64,000 bases of DNA from an uncultured Candidatus Bathyarchaeia archaeon (GTDB taxonomy: Archaea > Thermoproteota > Bathyarchaeia > Bathyarchaeales > DTEX01). The notes beneath the pieces are model-generated. The model had not been told where the DNA came from, searched no databases, and was given only the letters and a program-made list of their open reading frames with translations. The position numbers and the translations under genes were made by a program. The stretch is taken from contig CAZDRE010000006.1 in NCBI GenBank assembly GCA_964508155.1, positions 7,266-71,265 of the forward strand. Direction: 5' to 3'. The first letter of the stretch is position 1, and the number at the start of each line of letters is the position of its first letter. Positions 54,677 through 63,227 of the stretch are shown here, piece after piece.

Positions 54677-55618
54677 TTATTTACTCGACTTTTCTATGAT
54701 GATCTCCTTTGCAATTTGATATGCAACTTTATAATCGAATATTCCTTTCGGCTCCTCCGCGGCTCTTCTGATAAGCTCGGCTTCAGTTTTATTCTTGAGT
54801 TTCCCTATCGCTAATGCTCCTATTCCAAAGATCCCGGGCAGAACTTCATCTCCATCCGCAGATGATTCTAGTCCCTCAATTCCAGGCGGCGGAACAGCAT
54901 TTACGTCAGCCACGACCTTACACTTCTTTCCATATTCCTTAAGTATGCTTATTGGGAGTAGCTGAACTCCGGCCGCTCCGGTCGAGGCTATGATCTCAGC
55001 ATCCTTAATCGCCTCTCCAATCTTTTCCGGCGTGTCAGCCTCAGCCGCAAACACCCTCTCCTCACCGAGCTCCCTATTTATCTTCTCAGAGAAGGCCTTA
55101 GCCCTCTTTAAACTGCGTGATGTAATCGTAACCTTAGCCCTCTCGGATGCATAAAGCATGGCGGCGGTTCTGCCAACCGGCCCCGTCCCAGCGAGAACTG
55201 TAACTCTCTTATTCTCTAAGTCTCCAAGTTCCTTGCTCATTGATAGTTCCAGAGTTTTTGCGACTAGTGCTGAAGCAGTTGTGTATGCGCCTCTGGGATC
55301 GATTATTACGCTTAGCTCGAAGGGTGGAAACATGCACTTCTTAATCTTCCTTAGAATCTCATTTGTAAGTTCCATGTCCCTGCCATTAATGAAGATTTTA
55401 GTATGCTTGATCCCTTTGGGTCCGCGTGGAAATATAATGTCGTATATTAGCCTCTCGGCATCCTCGACTGTTACGTTCTCATATTTCCAAATCGCTGAGT
55501 CCGGATATAGATCTAATGTCAAGAGCATATCAAATGGGCTTGCATGCTTGTCAGTGTCAAGGAATATAAAGGCCTTCTTATACTTCTGTTCGGACAAAAC
55601 TTTTCTCCCTCCACACAT
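54677..55618 (-). CDS. NAD(P)-dependent methylene-tetrahydromethanopterin/-folate dehydrogenase-like (MtdA/MtdB family)
   Basis: 313-aa ORF with the N-terminal 'FIFLDTDKHASPFDMLLTLD' and Rossmann motif 'VTVLAGTGPVGRTAAMLYA'. These resemble my recollection of methylotroph MtdA ('FQFDTD...PSVFDVVV', 'VVLAGTGPVG'). Confidence 0.55.
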   Translation of the reverse strand: MCGGRKVLSEQKYKKAFIFLDTDKHASPFDMLLTLDLYPDSAIWKYENVTVEDAERLIYDIIFPRGPKGIKHTKIFINGRDMELTNEILRKIKKCMFPPFELSVIIDPRGAYTTASALVAKTLELSMSKELGDLENKRVTVLAGTGPVGRTAAMLYASERAKVTITSRSLKRAKAFSEKINRELGEERVFAAEADTPEKIGEAIKDAEIIASTGAAGVQLLPISILKEYGKKCKVVADVNAVPPPGIEGLESSADGDEVLPGIFGIGALAIGKLKNKTEAELIRRAAEEPKGIFDYKVAYQIAKEIIIEKSSK

Positions 55619-55631
55619 CTACTTAATAAAT

Positions 55632-56816
55632 CTAAATCTTTTTATGCCTATGCTTTCTCTTTTCCCTTTCAATGATGTTTAAATGCTTAAAATTCCCACG
55701 TTTTATCGGATACTTACCGACTTTCTTTGCATATTCCACTTCATATTTTAGCATTTCCGGGGGGATATTCGCGTATGTCTCTCCTCCATTATCGAAGATG
55801 TATCCTCCGCCTGGAGCCGCATAATATATGCATCTCTCAACTTCGATTTCGATTGCCTCAAATGAATTCTCTAGGAGAGCTCTCCAGTTTGCGTTTCCGT
55901 TGAATATGGCTTTTCCCCTAAATTTCTCAGCTAGAACTTTTATGTCGCTTTCAACTCCAACATCTACGCTTCTAACCTTATAAACATCCGTAATTATGTC
56001 TGCTATGTGCTCCATGTGGCTGTCCATGTGGAGGGATCTGTCTTTTGTGCCGAAGGTTTCGTATAGGCTTAGGTTATAGGGCAGAGTGAACTTCTCGTAC
56101 ATTCTCCTATTTAAATATCCGGAATGATCATCTGCAAGTCCTAAATGTCCTCTTTCGGCTCCAGTAACCTCGTAATAGTATTCTCTCAGAACCTTGAATG
56201 TCTCTTCAAGCTTTCTGAAGAGCTTATGCATTTCGTTTGGATACTTTAAAAGCCAGAAGTAAAGTCTGCTTGTTCCGAGTAGAGATCCAGCCGCTGAAAC
56301 GGGTGGATGTATCCCCAAGCCGCCTCCAACTGGAAGATCGCCATAATTCTCCCTTACAATCCTCTTAAACTTCTCGAATCTACTATAATATTCCCTTATG
56401 CCCACATGCTCATATGGATCTGGAATTTCGAGGTTATCTATATCCTCTAGGCTCTTAATGCAGGGTATGATCCATGGGCTTCTCCAGGAATTCTCATCAT
56501 CCGGCATCTTTATCTCGCAGTTGAAGACTATGCCTTCGGCTATTGAGCCTACATCGAAGCTCACGCCTATATACGAAATATCATCTTTAAGCCAATTTAT
56601 CCTCCACTTAATTCCCTTGATCTGAGCATCAAGCATGACCCTCAAATTTCCGTAATACTCCTTGAATGTATAGCCGAAAATCTTAGCATAATAGGGGCCT
56701 CCAAGACCTATAATAACGGGGACTCTATCAGGCTCCTCGAACTCCTGAACTCTCTCCAGTCTTCTCCTGTTCTCCTCGATCAGGCTATTATATTTTTCAT
56801 AATTGAACGGTTCCAT
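55632..56816 (-). CDS. URO-D-like family protein (paralogue 2), function unknown
   Basis: 394-aa ORF with the URO-D/MtaA-fold layout. 'LHMDSHMEH' stands where Zn-dependent MtaA-type enzymes have Cys ligands. Confidence 0.45.
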   Translation of the reverse strand: MEPFNYEKYNSLIEENRRRLERVQEFEEPDRVPVIIGLGGPYYAKIFGYTFKEYYGNLRVMLDAQIKGIKWRINWLKDDISYIGVSFDVGSIAEGIVFNCEIKMPDDENSWRSPWIIPCIKSLEDIDNLEIPDPYEHVGIREYYSRFEKFKRIVRENYGDLPVGGGLGIHPPVSAAGSLLGTSRLYFWLLKYPNEMHKLFRKLEETFKVLREYYYEVTGAERGHLGLADDHSGYLNRRMYEKFTLPYNLSLYETFGTKDRSLHMDSHMEHIADIITDVYKVRSVDVGVESDIKVLAEKFRGKAIFNGNANWRALLENSFEAIEIEVERCIYYAAPGGGYIFDNGGETYANIPPEMLKYEVEYAKKVGKYPIKRGNFKHLNIIEREKRKHRHKKI

Positions 56817-56866
56817 ATATCCGCATAAATGTAAAGTTCAATTATAACCTTTTTGCGGAGATCCTT

Positions 56867-57964
56867 TCATCCTTTACTTTTGCTCTCTCTTAGCATGTCA
56901 TCCTCGTAGAGCCTCAATCTAAGCGGACAAGGTTCTCTCTTCTCATTGAAGGCGAAGCCTGCGGTCACCCAAATCTCGCCTGGATGAGCCTCAAAGACGT
57001 ATGGATAGCATAGTCTCCCATTTCTGTAGCGAGCTATCACGACGGGCGGAGTCCAAGTTTTTCCATCATCCTCAGAGAAGGCTATTGAGAGTTCTTCACG
57101 ATGCCAAGAGGCCGATATTTCACGATGCCACGGCCCAGGCTTTCTCCTAGGATACGTGAAGCCCTCGGGATTAAGCCTATTCCATACAACAGCCAGTCGG
57201 CCGCTCTTTAACCTAATCATCTTCGCTGGGGAGCTGCTTGCATCGAGTGGGGAGGGCATAATTATTCGCCAGTATCTACCTCCATCCTCAGAGATCGCCT
57301 GCCAAAGCCTATCAAGATTTGTGCGGATGAGCATCAGTAATCTTCCATCACTCAATTCGGCGAGTGTAGGCTCTAAGGCCCCATCGTGGTGTCCATGTCC
57401 TCCTAAGTCTATCCAGTTGCTTCTATGCCAAGTCTTCCCCTCATCATCTGAGAATATTGATGCTACTATGAAACGGCCTGGATCGGATGCGCAGTGCTCT
57501 ATACTCGCCACTACACGTCCAGAGGACGTCTCAATGAAACCGAAGAAATTCGCGTTATAACCGCCCAAAACCATCTGGTTATCGATCCAAGTCATGCCGC
57601 CATCTAAGCTACGGATAGACCATATCTCTAATCTGCAATCGTCACCTGGCTCTCCCAGCTCGTCATTCCACGTGAAATTGTATGTGGTGAAGTTCAAGTA
57701 GAGCAGAATTATCGTTCCCTTTTTTGTCTGAACTAAACTATAGGATGATGGCTCTTTGTCATTTATGCCCTCGCAGACTGGTATTGGATTAGTCCATGAA
57801 AGACCATCATCACTACTGAATCTTATTCCATTTCGATCTACTGTTGCCAATCTTCCATCTTTCAGCCTCAAAAATGGGCCGTTGCTATCTATTTGAAGTT
57901 CTTCGCAGAGAGGATGTATCCATCTATTCTCCATAGTGATCTGCCCATATTTTACTTTTAACAC
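56867..57964 (-). CDS. BNR/Asp-box repeat protein (sialidase-like beta-propeller)
   Basis: 365-aa ORF with five Asp-boxes: 'SSDDGLSW', 'SLDGGMTW', 'SDDEGKTW', 'SEDGGRYW' and 'SEDDGKTW'. Confidence 0.8.
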   Translation of the reverse strand: MLKVKYGQITMENRWIHPLCEELQIDSNGPFLRLKDGRLATVDRNGIRFSSDDGLSWTNPIPVCEGINDKEPSSYSLVQTKKGTIILLYLNFTTYNFTWNDELGEPGDDCRLEIWSIRSLDGGMTWIDNQMVLGGYNANFFGFIETSSGRVVASIEHCASDPGRFIVASIFSDDEGKTWHRSNWIDLGGHGHHDGALEPTLAELSDGRLLMLIRTNLDRLWQAISEDGGRYWRIIMPSPLDASSSPAKMIRLKSGRLAVVWNRLNPEGFTYPRRKPGPWHREISASWHREELSIAFSEDDGKTWTPPVVIARYRNGRLCYPYVFEAHPGEIWVTAGFAFNEKREPCPLRLRLYEDDMLRESKSKG

Positions 57965-57990
57965 TTAGAGGCTTATTATAGTAACAGATC

Positions 57991-58332
57991 CTATGCTAAA
58001 CTTCTTATAATTTCCGATCTCGTGATAAGTTTTATTCCCCTACGATTCGCGTAGGCCTTTGCATGCTCACTGAACTTTTCTGAGATTAATATTGGATTTG
58101 AGAATCTCTTATCTTGTGATGCCTTATCAAAGTTTATTACGACGTTAACTCCGACTGTTCTGTTCCATTCTTTAACCAAGACTGGATGCATTTCATTCTG
58201 CTTAACTACAATAAAGTCTATCTTGGAGCTTTCCGATGTAGATGATGACCCCTTTTGCCCCGGCCTCTCAATCCTATATCCTCTCCTCCTGAAATATTCA
58301 ATCGCTAATTTCATTAATGGTTCACGTAACAT
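57991..58332 (-). CDS. Mrr-cat-like restriction-endonuclease-fold (PD-(D/E)xK) protein
   Basis: 113-aa ORF with 'YFRRRGYRIE', 'IDFIVVKQNEMHPVLVKEW' and 'PILISEKFSEHAKAYANRRGIKLI', which fits the Mrr catalytic-domain layout. Confidence 0.5.
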   Translation of the reverse strand: MLREPLMKLAIEYFRRRGYRIERPGQKGSSSTSESSKIDFIVVKQNEMHPVLVKEWNRTVGVNVVINFDKASQDKRFSNPILISEKFSEHAKAYANRRGIKLITRSEIIRSLA

Positions 58333-58370
58333 CTCATCAAGAAATATGCGTTATTCACAAAAAAGCCTTT

Positions 58371-59453
58371 TCATTCAAGCGTTCCTTTTCTATCATAGAG
58401 GAGCCCCAATTCTAATGCATGTCTCAACCCCATCCACTGGACTATTATGAAGCCAACTATTATCTGAAACCAGAAGGTAACTATTCGTATCAGCGAGGTT
58501 GCTAAGCCATTCATCGCAGGAGACGTTTTGAGCAAAATATTATAGAGATAAGTCATTACAAACTCTACAAGTCCAACTGGAAATCCCACAGGGATCGTCT
58601 GAACAGCCAGAGTTATCGAGAAAACAACGATCATTTGTGGAACATAATAGATTATACATGAGACTCCTAGTGCGTAAAAGACGAGTAGATAGACGATGAG
58701 CTGAGAGAACCATGAGAGATAACTGTATAGGAGAGGCTTAACCAACATCCATGGATTCTTACCTAAGACTATGGCCGCATCATAGAATACCGATAGTTCA
58801 CGCATGCTTCTATCCTTTAGGCTCTCAAGGCTCTTTTCATCCTTTACTAGAAATGAGGCAACCTTAATGATTGCATGGGCTATCCTTTCCGCGGACTTTC
58901 TATTCAATGATAGATATAGAATTAGTATTATTGTGGCAGTTGTGCATGCCAAGACGCTTAATAGAAATATTATGATGTCCAATCGGATCCTATAAGCAAT
59001 TATCAGGTAGATCGAGCTAGCCGCTAATGCGAATAACGTTGTCGAGATCGAGATTAAACGGTGATAAACTAGAGATACGGCTGCTCTTCCCAAGTCGCCC
59101 TTAATATCGCGCTGAATTAGATAAAGCCTAGTTAATTCTCCGCTTATGGTCTCTAATGGAAGGACGAGGTCAACAAAGTTTCCAACCCAACTGTAAAGGA
59201 TTGCTCTTTTCAAACTCAATTTCAGCGAGAGCATTCTAAGTATGTCATGCCAAGTCATCGCATAGAAGATTATGCTCAGTAGAATTGCCATGATGGCCAA
59301 GGAATAATACATGGAATATTCAAGCGGATCTATCTCTCTAAGGATCTCAAAGATGTCCCCGAATCCAACAAAAAAGTATAGGTATAATATGAAGAGCAGT
59401 AGGCCGAGGAGCATAATTATGATGGAAGCTCTAAATGTTAATCGACTTCTCAT
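58371..59453 (-). CDS. flippase-like membrane protein (UPF0104 / lysyl-PG-synthase TM-region family)
   Basis: 360-aa ORF with ~8 TM segments and 'LPLETISGELTRLYL'. This family is frequently encoded next to GT2 genes. Confidence 0.5.
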   Translation of the reverse strand: MRSRLTFRASIIIMLLGLLLFILYLYFFVGFGDIFEILREIDPLEYSMYYSLAIMAILLSIIFYAMTWHDILRMLSLKLSLKRAILYSWVGNFVDLVLPLETISGELTRLYLIQRDIKGDLGRAAVSLVYHRLISISTTLFALAASSIYLIIAYRIRLDIIIFLLSVLACTTATIILILYLSLNRKSAERIAHAIIKVASFLVKDEKSLESLKDRSMRELSVFYDAAIVLGKNPWMLVKPLLYSYLSWFSQLIVYLLVFYALGVSCIIYYVPQMIVVFSITLAVQTIPVGFPVGLVEFVMTYLYNILLKTSPAMNGLATSLIRIVTFWFQIIVGFIIVQWMGLRHALELGLLYDRKGTLE

Positions 59454-59836
59454 ACCATCTCAAACCTAACTAGACTTACTAAATCTATGTCTTCTTTGGA
59501 GGGAAATGTTCCCTAAATATCTTTGGAGGATCCTGCATAATTGAATAATCTAATCGATTCCAATCCGAGCTATGTGCAGCCTTCTCCACGCGTAAATAAA
59601 TATCATCACCTAAATTTCCTCTACTTCTGATAAAAGTCTTTTCAGCTCTTTTTTCAAATGCTACCGCTGAAAGAGTCTCAGCCATATTAAATTACAGAAA
59701 GAAAAGAAATTCGTAAATGTTTCTCGCCTCCTTCAGCGTCAAAGACAAAGAAGCGAACCTAAGACTTCAAAATCTCGGAGCTTCAAGACTTTATGAAATG
59801 CTTGACCAGAGCGAGCTTCTTAATTACTGGTTAAAA

Positions 59837-60379
59837 TCACATATCAGATGGTGAAATGCCGAGATTAACATTTTTAATGGCTCTTGCAAATTCATATAAT
59901 GCCTCTCTCTGCCGAGCGTTTAGAAAAGAAACGCTCCTTATACTTTTTATTTTATTTATTGCTTCATTTGGTTTGAGTCCCTTTGAGACAAGATAAGCAG
60001 CTGCAACGAGCATTGATCTTCCACGTCCTAAATTGCAGTGTATAAGGATCTTCTTTCCGTCCTTGACTCTTTTCTTTATTATCTTTATGATCTCGAACAG
60101 AACGTTGGGGGGCGCTCCCATTCCATCGGGAATCTTTATATTAAAATATTCTATTCCGTGCTTCTTTAGGATAGACTGATAGCTGCCGGCATCTTCTTCT
60201 CGAAGGTCTATTACGGTATCGAATCCCTCAGATATAACGGTTCTAGGCGAGTTTAAACCTCCAACCCAAATGTTATTGGTGATCATGTTTGCATTGAAAA
60301 GTATTCCCGCTAAGCCCATATATTTCAAGATTCTAGCCTTGATCCCTCCGATCACCAAATCTAAGGTTTTTATGATCAT
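59837..60379 (-). CDS. Cys-based dual-specificity protein phosphatase
   Basis: 180-aa ORF with the active-site loop 'IHCNLGRGRS' (HCx5R[ST]). Confidence 0.8.
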   Translation of the reverse strand: MIIKTLDLVIGGIKARILKYMGLAGILFNANMITNNIWVGGLNSPRTVISEGFDTVIDLREEDAGSYQSILKKHGIEYFNIKIPDGMGAPPNVLFEIIKIIKKRVKDGKKILIHCNLGRGRSMLVAAAYLVSKGLKPNEAINKIKSIRSVSFLNARQREALYEFARAIKNVNLGISPSDM

Positions 60380-60405
60380 CCTTCTCCTATTCCGAAAAAT
60401 GAAAG

Positions 60406-61128
60406 CTACTTTCTATCTGTCTGAAACTTCTTTTTATAAATTATGTATATTGCTATTATAACTGATGGTATGAAGATTAAAGGGGTTATTCCGGGCAGTT
60501 CAGGTATTACTTCCCGTGCAACGGTGTATCTTCCGGTATCGGGAGCTCTATCCTTAATCTTGAAGTGAGGTATCTTAGGTATATCTTCTGGTCCTTTAGG
60601 AAGTGTGCCATTCCCAAATGGAGACTTGGTAGGAGCCTTCTTTTCTTTAAGCGTGAATTGATGTGTTGTTGCGACTACACCCACTATCTCCTTTACTCCA
60701 CTTGGGTATTCGATATCGCTGAGCTTAGCCATCAAATGTATCCTCTTGTCCTCCACGGTAACGACTATGGGAGCCTTATACCTGATTATTATGGTTCCAT
60801 CAACCACTTCGATCTCATAAAGGCCGGATATGCCGTCAGCGACTAGACAGTAATCTGGGAATGGCCCGCCCTTCGTATCCATCCAGACAATATAAACTTT
60901 GAAGAATGAAGGTGCAGGAGTTCCTCTACACTTAAGGATGAACTTGAAGTGCGTACCATTATTTGCAATAAATACCTTTAGTATATCAAGTGATGCTGGA
61001 TGCGCATCCCCACTTGGATCAGTTCCGAGTAGCACCACTATAAAATCTGCCAGTAAAGGTGATGCACTGGATAATATCAGCAGTGGGAGTAGAATTGACA
61101 GCAGAATCCCTTTTTTTCTGAAGCTCAT
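60406..61128 (-). CDS. secreted protein with C-terminal TM anchor / sorting-signal-like tail
   Basis: 240-aa ORF with signal peptide 'GILLSILLPLLILSSASPLLA'. The C-terminus is 'PELPGITPLIFIPSVIIAIYIIYKKKF' (Pro/Gly motif, TM helix, basic tail). Confidence 0.5.
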   Translation of the reverse strand: MSFRKKGILLSILLPLLILSSASPLLADFIVVLLGTDPSGDAHPASLDILKVFIANNGTHFKFILKCRGTPAPSFFKVYIVWMDTKGGPFPDYCLVADGISGLYEIEVVDGTIIIRYKAPIVVTVEDKRIHLMAKLSDIEYPSGVKEIVGVVATTHQFTLKEKKAPTKSPFGNGTLPKGPEDIPKIPHFKIKDRAPDTGRYTVAREVIPELPGITPLIFIPSVIIAIYIIYKKKFQTDRK

Positions 61129-61196
61129 TTCCTATCCCTCAATCTTATTTGCTCCTTTTGCATTTTCAGTGCTGGTTCTTCCCCTTTAGCACAGGT

Positions 61197-63227
61197 CTAC
61201 TCCTCTTTACTTTTTCCTCCCCCTAAGAGCATAGATATGCTTCTCTTCAAATCTTCTAGTGCACTGGCTCTCTCATCCGTCTCTTTATCTCGAATAATCT
61301 GAGTCTCTCCACCCATCTTGATGGTGGAACCTTCAGCTCCATCGAATGGCTCCTTAACTAGACCTTCAGATGGAGGTTCTTTTGGCTTAAGGTTTCTGTC
61401 TAGATATCCCTTTCCAATAAGGCTGTTGATGGCTTCTTCAACCTCGACTGGGTCTAAGAGTAGTCTAAGGCATATCTCTTCTGAAGACTTACACCTGTGG
61501 GCTGCCTCCAGAACTTTCGCCTCGAGAGGGGTTAATCCGCTTCGATCAATCGCGCGAATCGAGATTCCCCTATTCTTCTCAAGCAATTTTATGCGTTCCT
61601 CAAGATACTTGAAGATTCTATCTTTCGTGCTTACTGCCTTGATGGTAGCCTTAGGAGTCACAATCGCCTCTTTCGGCCTTTCGATTTTAGGCTTAAATGT
61701 CTGAGCTGGAGCTACTTCAGTTTTGGTCTCGGTGATCTTAGAAGTTGGAGATTGACTCGTTAATCTCCAACCTAATTTGAATTTTCTCCAGTCGTGGTAA
61801 TCCTTTTCCCAAATGAACTCGTATCTCTTGAGCTTAGTTATGGCTTTTGCTACATGCAGGTCGTAATTCTTGATCAGTGATGGATTTATACTGCCGAGGA
61901 CAAGATGAGCATTTGAGAATACCTCTGGTATTAGCCTCTTTGCGCTTGTTAATATAACTTGTATGTTTGCGTGTCTTCCTCTGGTTACCGCGCTGATAAC
62001 ATCATATTTGTCGGCTTCCTCGACTATCAGAAGTATAGGAGTCTTCCATCTAATCTGGGTGATCCTCTTGAGAAATTCGCTTATAATTAATCTCTCAACT
62101 TTAGCATCGATTATGTTCGGTCTGATCGAAATATTGCCTTCTGACCTAGCGATATAATCTATCATGCTGTTAATTAAGCCTTCAATATCTCCCCAAATGT
62201 TGAAGGATATAAACGTCTTGAAGAGATCGCTTCCGACAATTGGAATTGTCTTATCGTAATTTATGTTGAAAGGCTCAAATGGATATTCTCTGTAGACGTC
62301 GATCACAACGATCTTCTTTTTGCTCATTAAACGCGGAATTATATAATTCTTAATGAGGTAAGTCTTTCCATACCTGGTTGGAGCATACAAGTATAAGTGG
62401 CCGACTTCGGGATCAAGTTCCTCAAATGGGATCTCTCCTTCAGCGGTCTCCTCTTTCCTTGCGGGAGGGACGGGTTCAGCTGGCTTTAAAGTTTCCTTAG
62501 CGGGCTTCTTTTCAATAGCAGTAGGCATTTCTGGAGCTGGCTTTGGAATCTCCTCCTTAACCTCGATAGCTTCTGGTTTGGGCGGTTCAACCTCTAATTT
62601 GGCCTCCTCGGACTTAGCGGGCTTTTCCACTGTTATTTCTCCGGGCAGAGTAACTATTGAGGAGCCGGAGAGTATCCTCCTGTTTATCTTCGCGTTTGGG
62701 CCTACCTTCACAGTCTTTTCGGTTGATACTGCCTCTACGACAGCGTTCTCTCCGAGAGTTATATCTTTAAGCGAGTCAACTATGCCTTTAACTATGCAAT
62801 TCTTTCCAATTTTGACCTCGCCCTCGGAGAGGACATGCCCATCAACTATTGTGGATTCGCCCAATTCTATATCGCCGAATGCCTTCACGCTTCCGTAGAT
62901 ATGGACCTTCTTTCCAACCTTCAGATTTCCATGAACCATCAGGTGATTATTGATCTCTGCTCCATCGGGGATGCTGATGTCGCCTGTTATTCGCATGATG
63001 TCGCCAACCGCCTTTAAGCGGGCGTCTCCCCGAGCACGCTCAAGCCTAGAAATCTCAGGTTTGCTCTCTGCTGTTTGAGGGAGATCCTTCAGGTCAGGCG
63101 TTTCCTCATATGTTGTCTGCTCCGGAATCTCACGTGGACCCCTATCTTTTCTCTTCAGATACTCAATGAATGCTGGAATGAATGGGATGATGAGGAGTAT
63201 TAGCGGCACAAATATTAGGTAGTTCAT
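61197..63227 (-). CDS. multidomain protein: N-terminal TM + bactofilin-like beta-helix + Pro/Glu/Lys linker + P-loop NTPase (FtsK/HerA/Zot-like) + wHTH
   Basis: 676-aa ORF. Its ATG overlaps the GT2 stop (ATGA at 63224-63227). The TM helix is aa 1-25. Repetitive 'G.v.v....I.G.v' beta-helix repeats span aa ~75-190. Walker A is 'APTRYGKT' (62361-62384) and Walker B is 'ILLIVEEAD' (62013-62036), followed by 'TRGRHANIQVILTS'. The wHTH is 'LTPLEAKVLEAAHRCKSSEEICLRLLLDPVEVEEAINSLIGKGYLD' (61398-61541). Confidence 0.6.
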   Translation of the reverse strand: MNYLIFVPLILLIIPFIPAFIEYLKRKDRGPREIPEQTTYEETPDLKDLPQTAESKPEISRLERARGDARLKAVGDIMRITGDISIPDGAEINNHLMVHGNLKVGKKVHIYGSVKAFGDIELGESTIVDGHVLSEGEVKIGKNCIVKGIVDSLKDITLGENAVVEAVSTEKTVKVGPNAKINRRILSGSSIVTLPGEITVEKPAKSEEAKLEVEPPKPEAIEVKEEIPKPAPEMPTAIEKKPAKETLKPAEPVPPARKEETAEGEIPFEELDPEVGHLYLYAPTRYGKTYLIKNYIIPRLMSKKKIVVIDVYREYPFEPFNINYDKTIPIVGSDLFKTFISFNIWGDIEGLINSMIDYIARSEGNISIRPNIIDAKVERLIISEFLKRITQIRWKTPILLIVEEADKYDVISAVTRGRHANIQVILTSAKRLIPEVFSNAHLVLGSINPSLIKNYDLHVAKAITKLKRYEFIWEKDYHDWRKFKLGWRLTSQSPTSKITETKTEVAPAQTFKPKIERPKEAIVTPKATIKAVSTKDRIFKYLEERIKLLEKNRGISIRAIDRSGLTPLEAKVLEAAHRCKSSEEICLRLLLDPVEVEEAINSLIGKGYLDRNLKPKEPPSEGLVKEPFDGAEGSTIKMGGETQIIRDKETDERASALEDLKRSISMLLGGGKSKEE

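Noticed and set aside
59485-59685. A 66-aa minus-strand ORF between the phosphatase and flippase-like genes.
   Set aside because: It has no recognisable motif or convincing start context. It may be real, but the sequence alone does not support it.
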